The notes below the pieces were generated by a model. It was not told the DNA's origin and did no database searches. It worked only from the letters and a program-made list of their open reading frames with translations. From IMG/VR virus record IMGVR_UViG_2061766007_000145: a DNA stretch of 64,000 nucleotides. One strand, written 5' to 3'. Positions within the stretch are counted from its first letter, which is position 1. Each line of letters opens with the position of its first letter. Positions 62,773 to 64,000 of this stretch are shown here, piece after piece. This DNA is from an uncultured virus (IMG/VR IMGVR_UViG_2061766007_000145). Its lineage: Duplodnaviria; Heunggongvirae; Uroviricota; Caudoviricetes. The position numbers and the translations under genes were made by a program.

Positions 62773-63176
62773 TCTGACTGAAAGACTATAAACAACAGTT
62801 TAGCTGATAAAATCAGCCGTCGCCGGTGCTGTGGAATTAAGCCACAGGTTGCGAGATAGTGAAAATCCCCGGGGTGATTATCGACTGAAGTAGACCAAAC
62901 GCGGCTTGCGTGAACTCAGCTATGCGGTGAATAATACCGTATCAGACTAACGCTGTCTGATTATCCCACCCAAGGGTGCTTATGTTCTTAGGAACCGGAT
63001 AGGAAGGCATTAAGGCGTGAAATGTGAGGTGTTAAAGTAATCGTGAATGTGAGCAGTTTACGCCGAAAGGCGTTCTATAAACCCGTATCAAGCGCGTCAG
63101 CCTGTAGTTATGAGATGCACGTTGACGCGCTTCATTATGGGCTTATAGCTCAAATTTTCATCAAGGAGGTATTCGT

Positions 63177-63923
63177 ATGAATACTATGAGAACTCTCGAA
63201 GAAATCAAGGAAGCCGCCGAAAAAAAGGTTGAGGAATACAATGCTCTTATCGTCGAAGAAAAGTATAAGGAGGCATTCCGCCTTATGCACGAAATCGACG
63301 ACCTTGTCGGCGAATATTCCGCGACATCGCTTGAGCGCACATTTGCGGGACTCAAAGCAACCGAAGACCCCATGCTCGGAGCCGTCCTGCGCCTGACCTA
63401 TCCCACTATCAAGGCAAAAGATGCGAAGAAGGGCGAGTCGGCTGTCGCTCAGAAGACTATCGAAGACAGCGAAAAGACTATCGACCTGCGTAAGCTGCAC
63501 AAGTATTGCGGCGGAATTGGTACGTGTCAGGACTGGATCTACAGCGTGGAAAAGTTCAACTTCCTGCTCACACTGAGAACTGCCGAAGAACTCGGCATCC
63601 GCGACGTGACCACAATCAACGACAGTTTTGCTATGAGCGAACTGTCCCGACAGCGCGATCTCGGACAGAACCCCTGCTCAAACACCAAGATTCTTGCCAC
63701 CTATCGCCGTATTATCGGCGAGATGATCGGCGAGGAATACGCGAAGAAAATCACGTCGCATGATGTGGCGTTTCTGCTCAAAGTTTACAACAAGAAGGGT
63801 AAGGCTGCTCTTGCGGTAAATTGTGCCAATCATCGCTATCTGACGAGCTATATCGCGGAAACCTGTCACAAGATTCTCACCGAAAAGGAATACATCGTCG
63901 AGTTCAAGGCTAAGAAAGCCTGA
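63177..63923 (+). CDS. Hypothetical protein
   Basis: 248 aa, AAGGAGG RBS, strong codon bias. Confidence 0.75.
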   Translation: MNTMRTLEEIKEAAEKKVEEYNALIVEEKYKEAFRLMHEIDDLVGEYSATSLERTFAGLKATEDPMLGAVLRLTYPTIKAKDAKKGESAVAQKTIEDSEKTIDLRKLHKYCGGIGTCQDWIYSVEKFNFLLTLRTAEELGIRDVTTINDSFAMSELSRQRDLGQNPCSNTKILATYRRIIGEMIGEEYAKKITSHDVAFLLKVYNKKGKAALAVNCANHRYLTSYIAETCHKILTEKEYIVEFKAKKA

Positions 63924-63934
63924 CCCCGTATCTT

Positions 63935-63983
63935 TCCGGGTTTTTGATAAAATCTGACTATCCGGGTTTTTGATAAAATCTGA
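63935..63983 (+). repeat. Two exact 23-nt direct repeats (26-nt period)
   Basis: TCCGGGTTTTTGATAAAATCTGA at 63935-63957 and 63961-63983, with a degenerate third copy at the window edge. Confidence 0.85.
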
Positions 63984-64000
63984 GCCGGGTGTTTCAGAAA

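Overview
The window is about 64 kb of a large SPbeta-like siphophage or prophage of a Firmicutes host (probably Clostridia; inferred from gene families and sigma-A promoters). It was co-assembled from at least two closely related strains, leaving short N-gaps flanked by near-identical allelic duplicates between about 14.2 and 30.2 kb and at 55.9 kb. One minus-strand block runs from about 60.5 kb to the left edge. In order it encodes a tyrosine recombinase, TARG1-like macrodomain, SF2 helicase, YonO-like single-subunit RNA polymerase, phosphoesterase, HU, terminase, portal, prohead protease, capsid, head-tail and tail genes, RusA, a tape measure protein (TMP) of about 3,200 aa, Dit, Tal, adsorption proteins, endolysin and holins. 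A divergent plus-strand block starts at about 61.2 kb. Reading the DNA shows that the apparently broken essential genes are interrupted by nine group I introns: 2 in the RNAP, 1 in the major capsid, 2 flanking a 23-nt micro-exon in a head-closure gene, and 4 in the TMP. Each has a P1 U-G splice site; all but the gap-truncated RNAP intron 1 also show P7 strands and a frame-restoring 3' G. Three carry homing endonucleases of three different families. The stand-out is TMP intron 4 (about 26234-29042). It carries no endonuclease but about 2 kb of cargo: a Kiwa-like (KwaA/KwaB-DUF4868) anti-phage gene pair and a zinc-ribbon gene, under two convergent near-consensus sigma-A promoters. This suggests a self-splicing intron used as a silent 'moron' slot for defence genes inside an essential virion gene. 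All family assignments come from motif recognition by eye, not from database searches.
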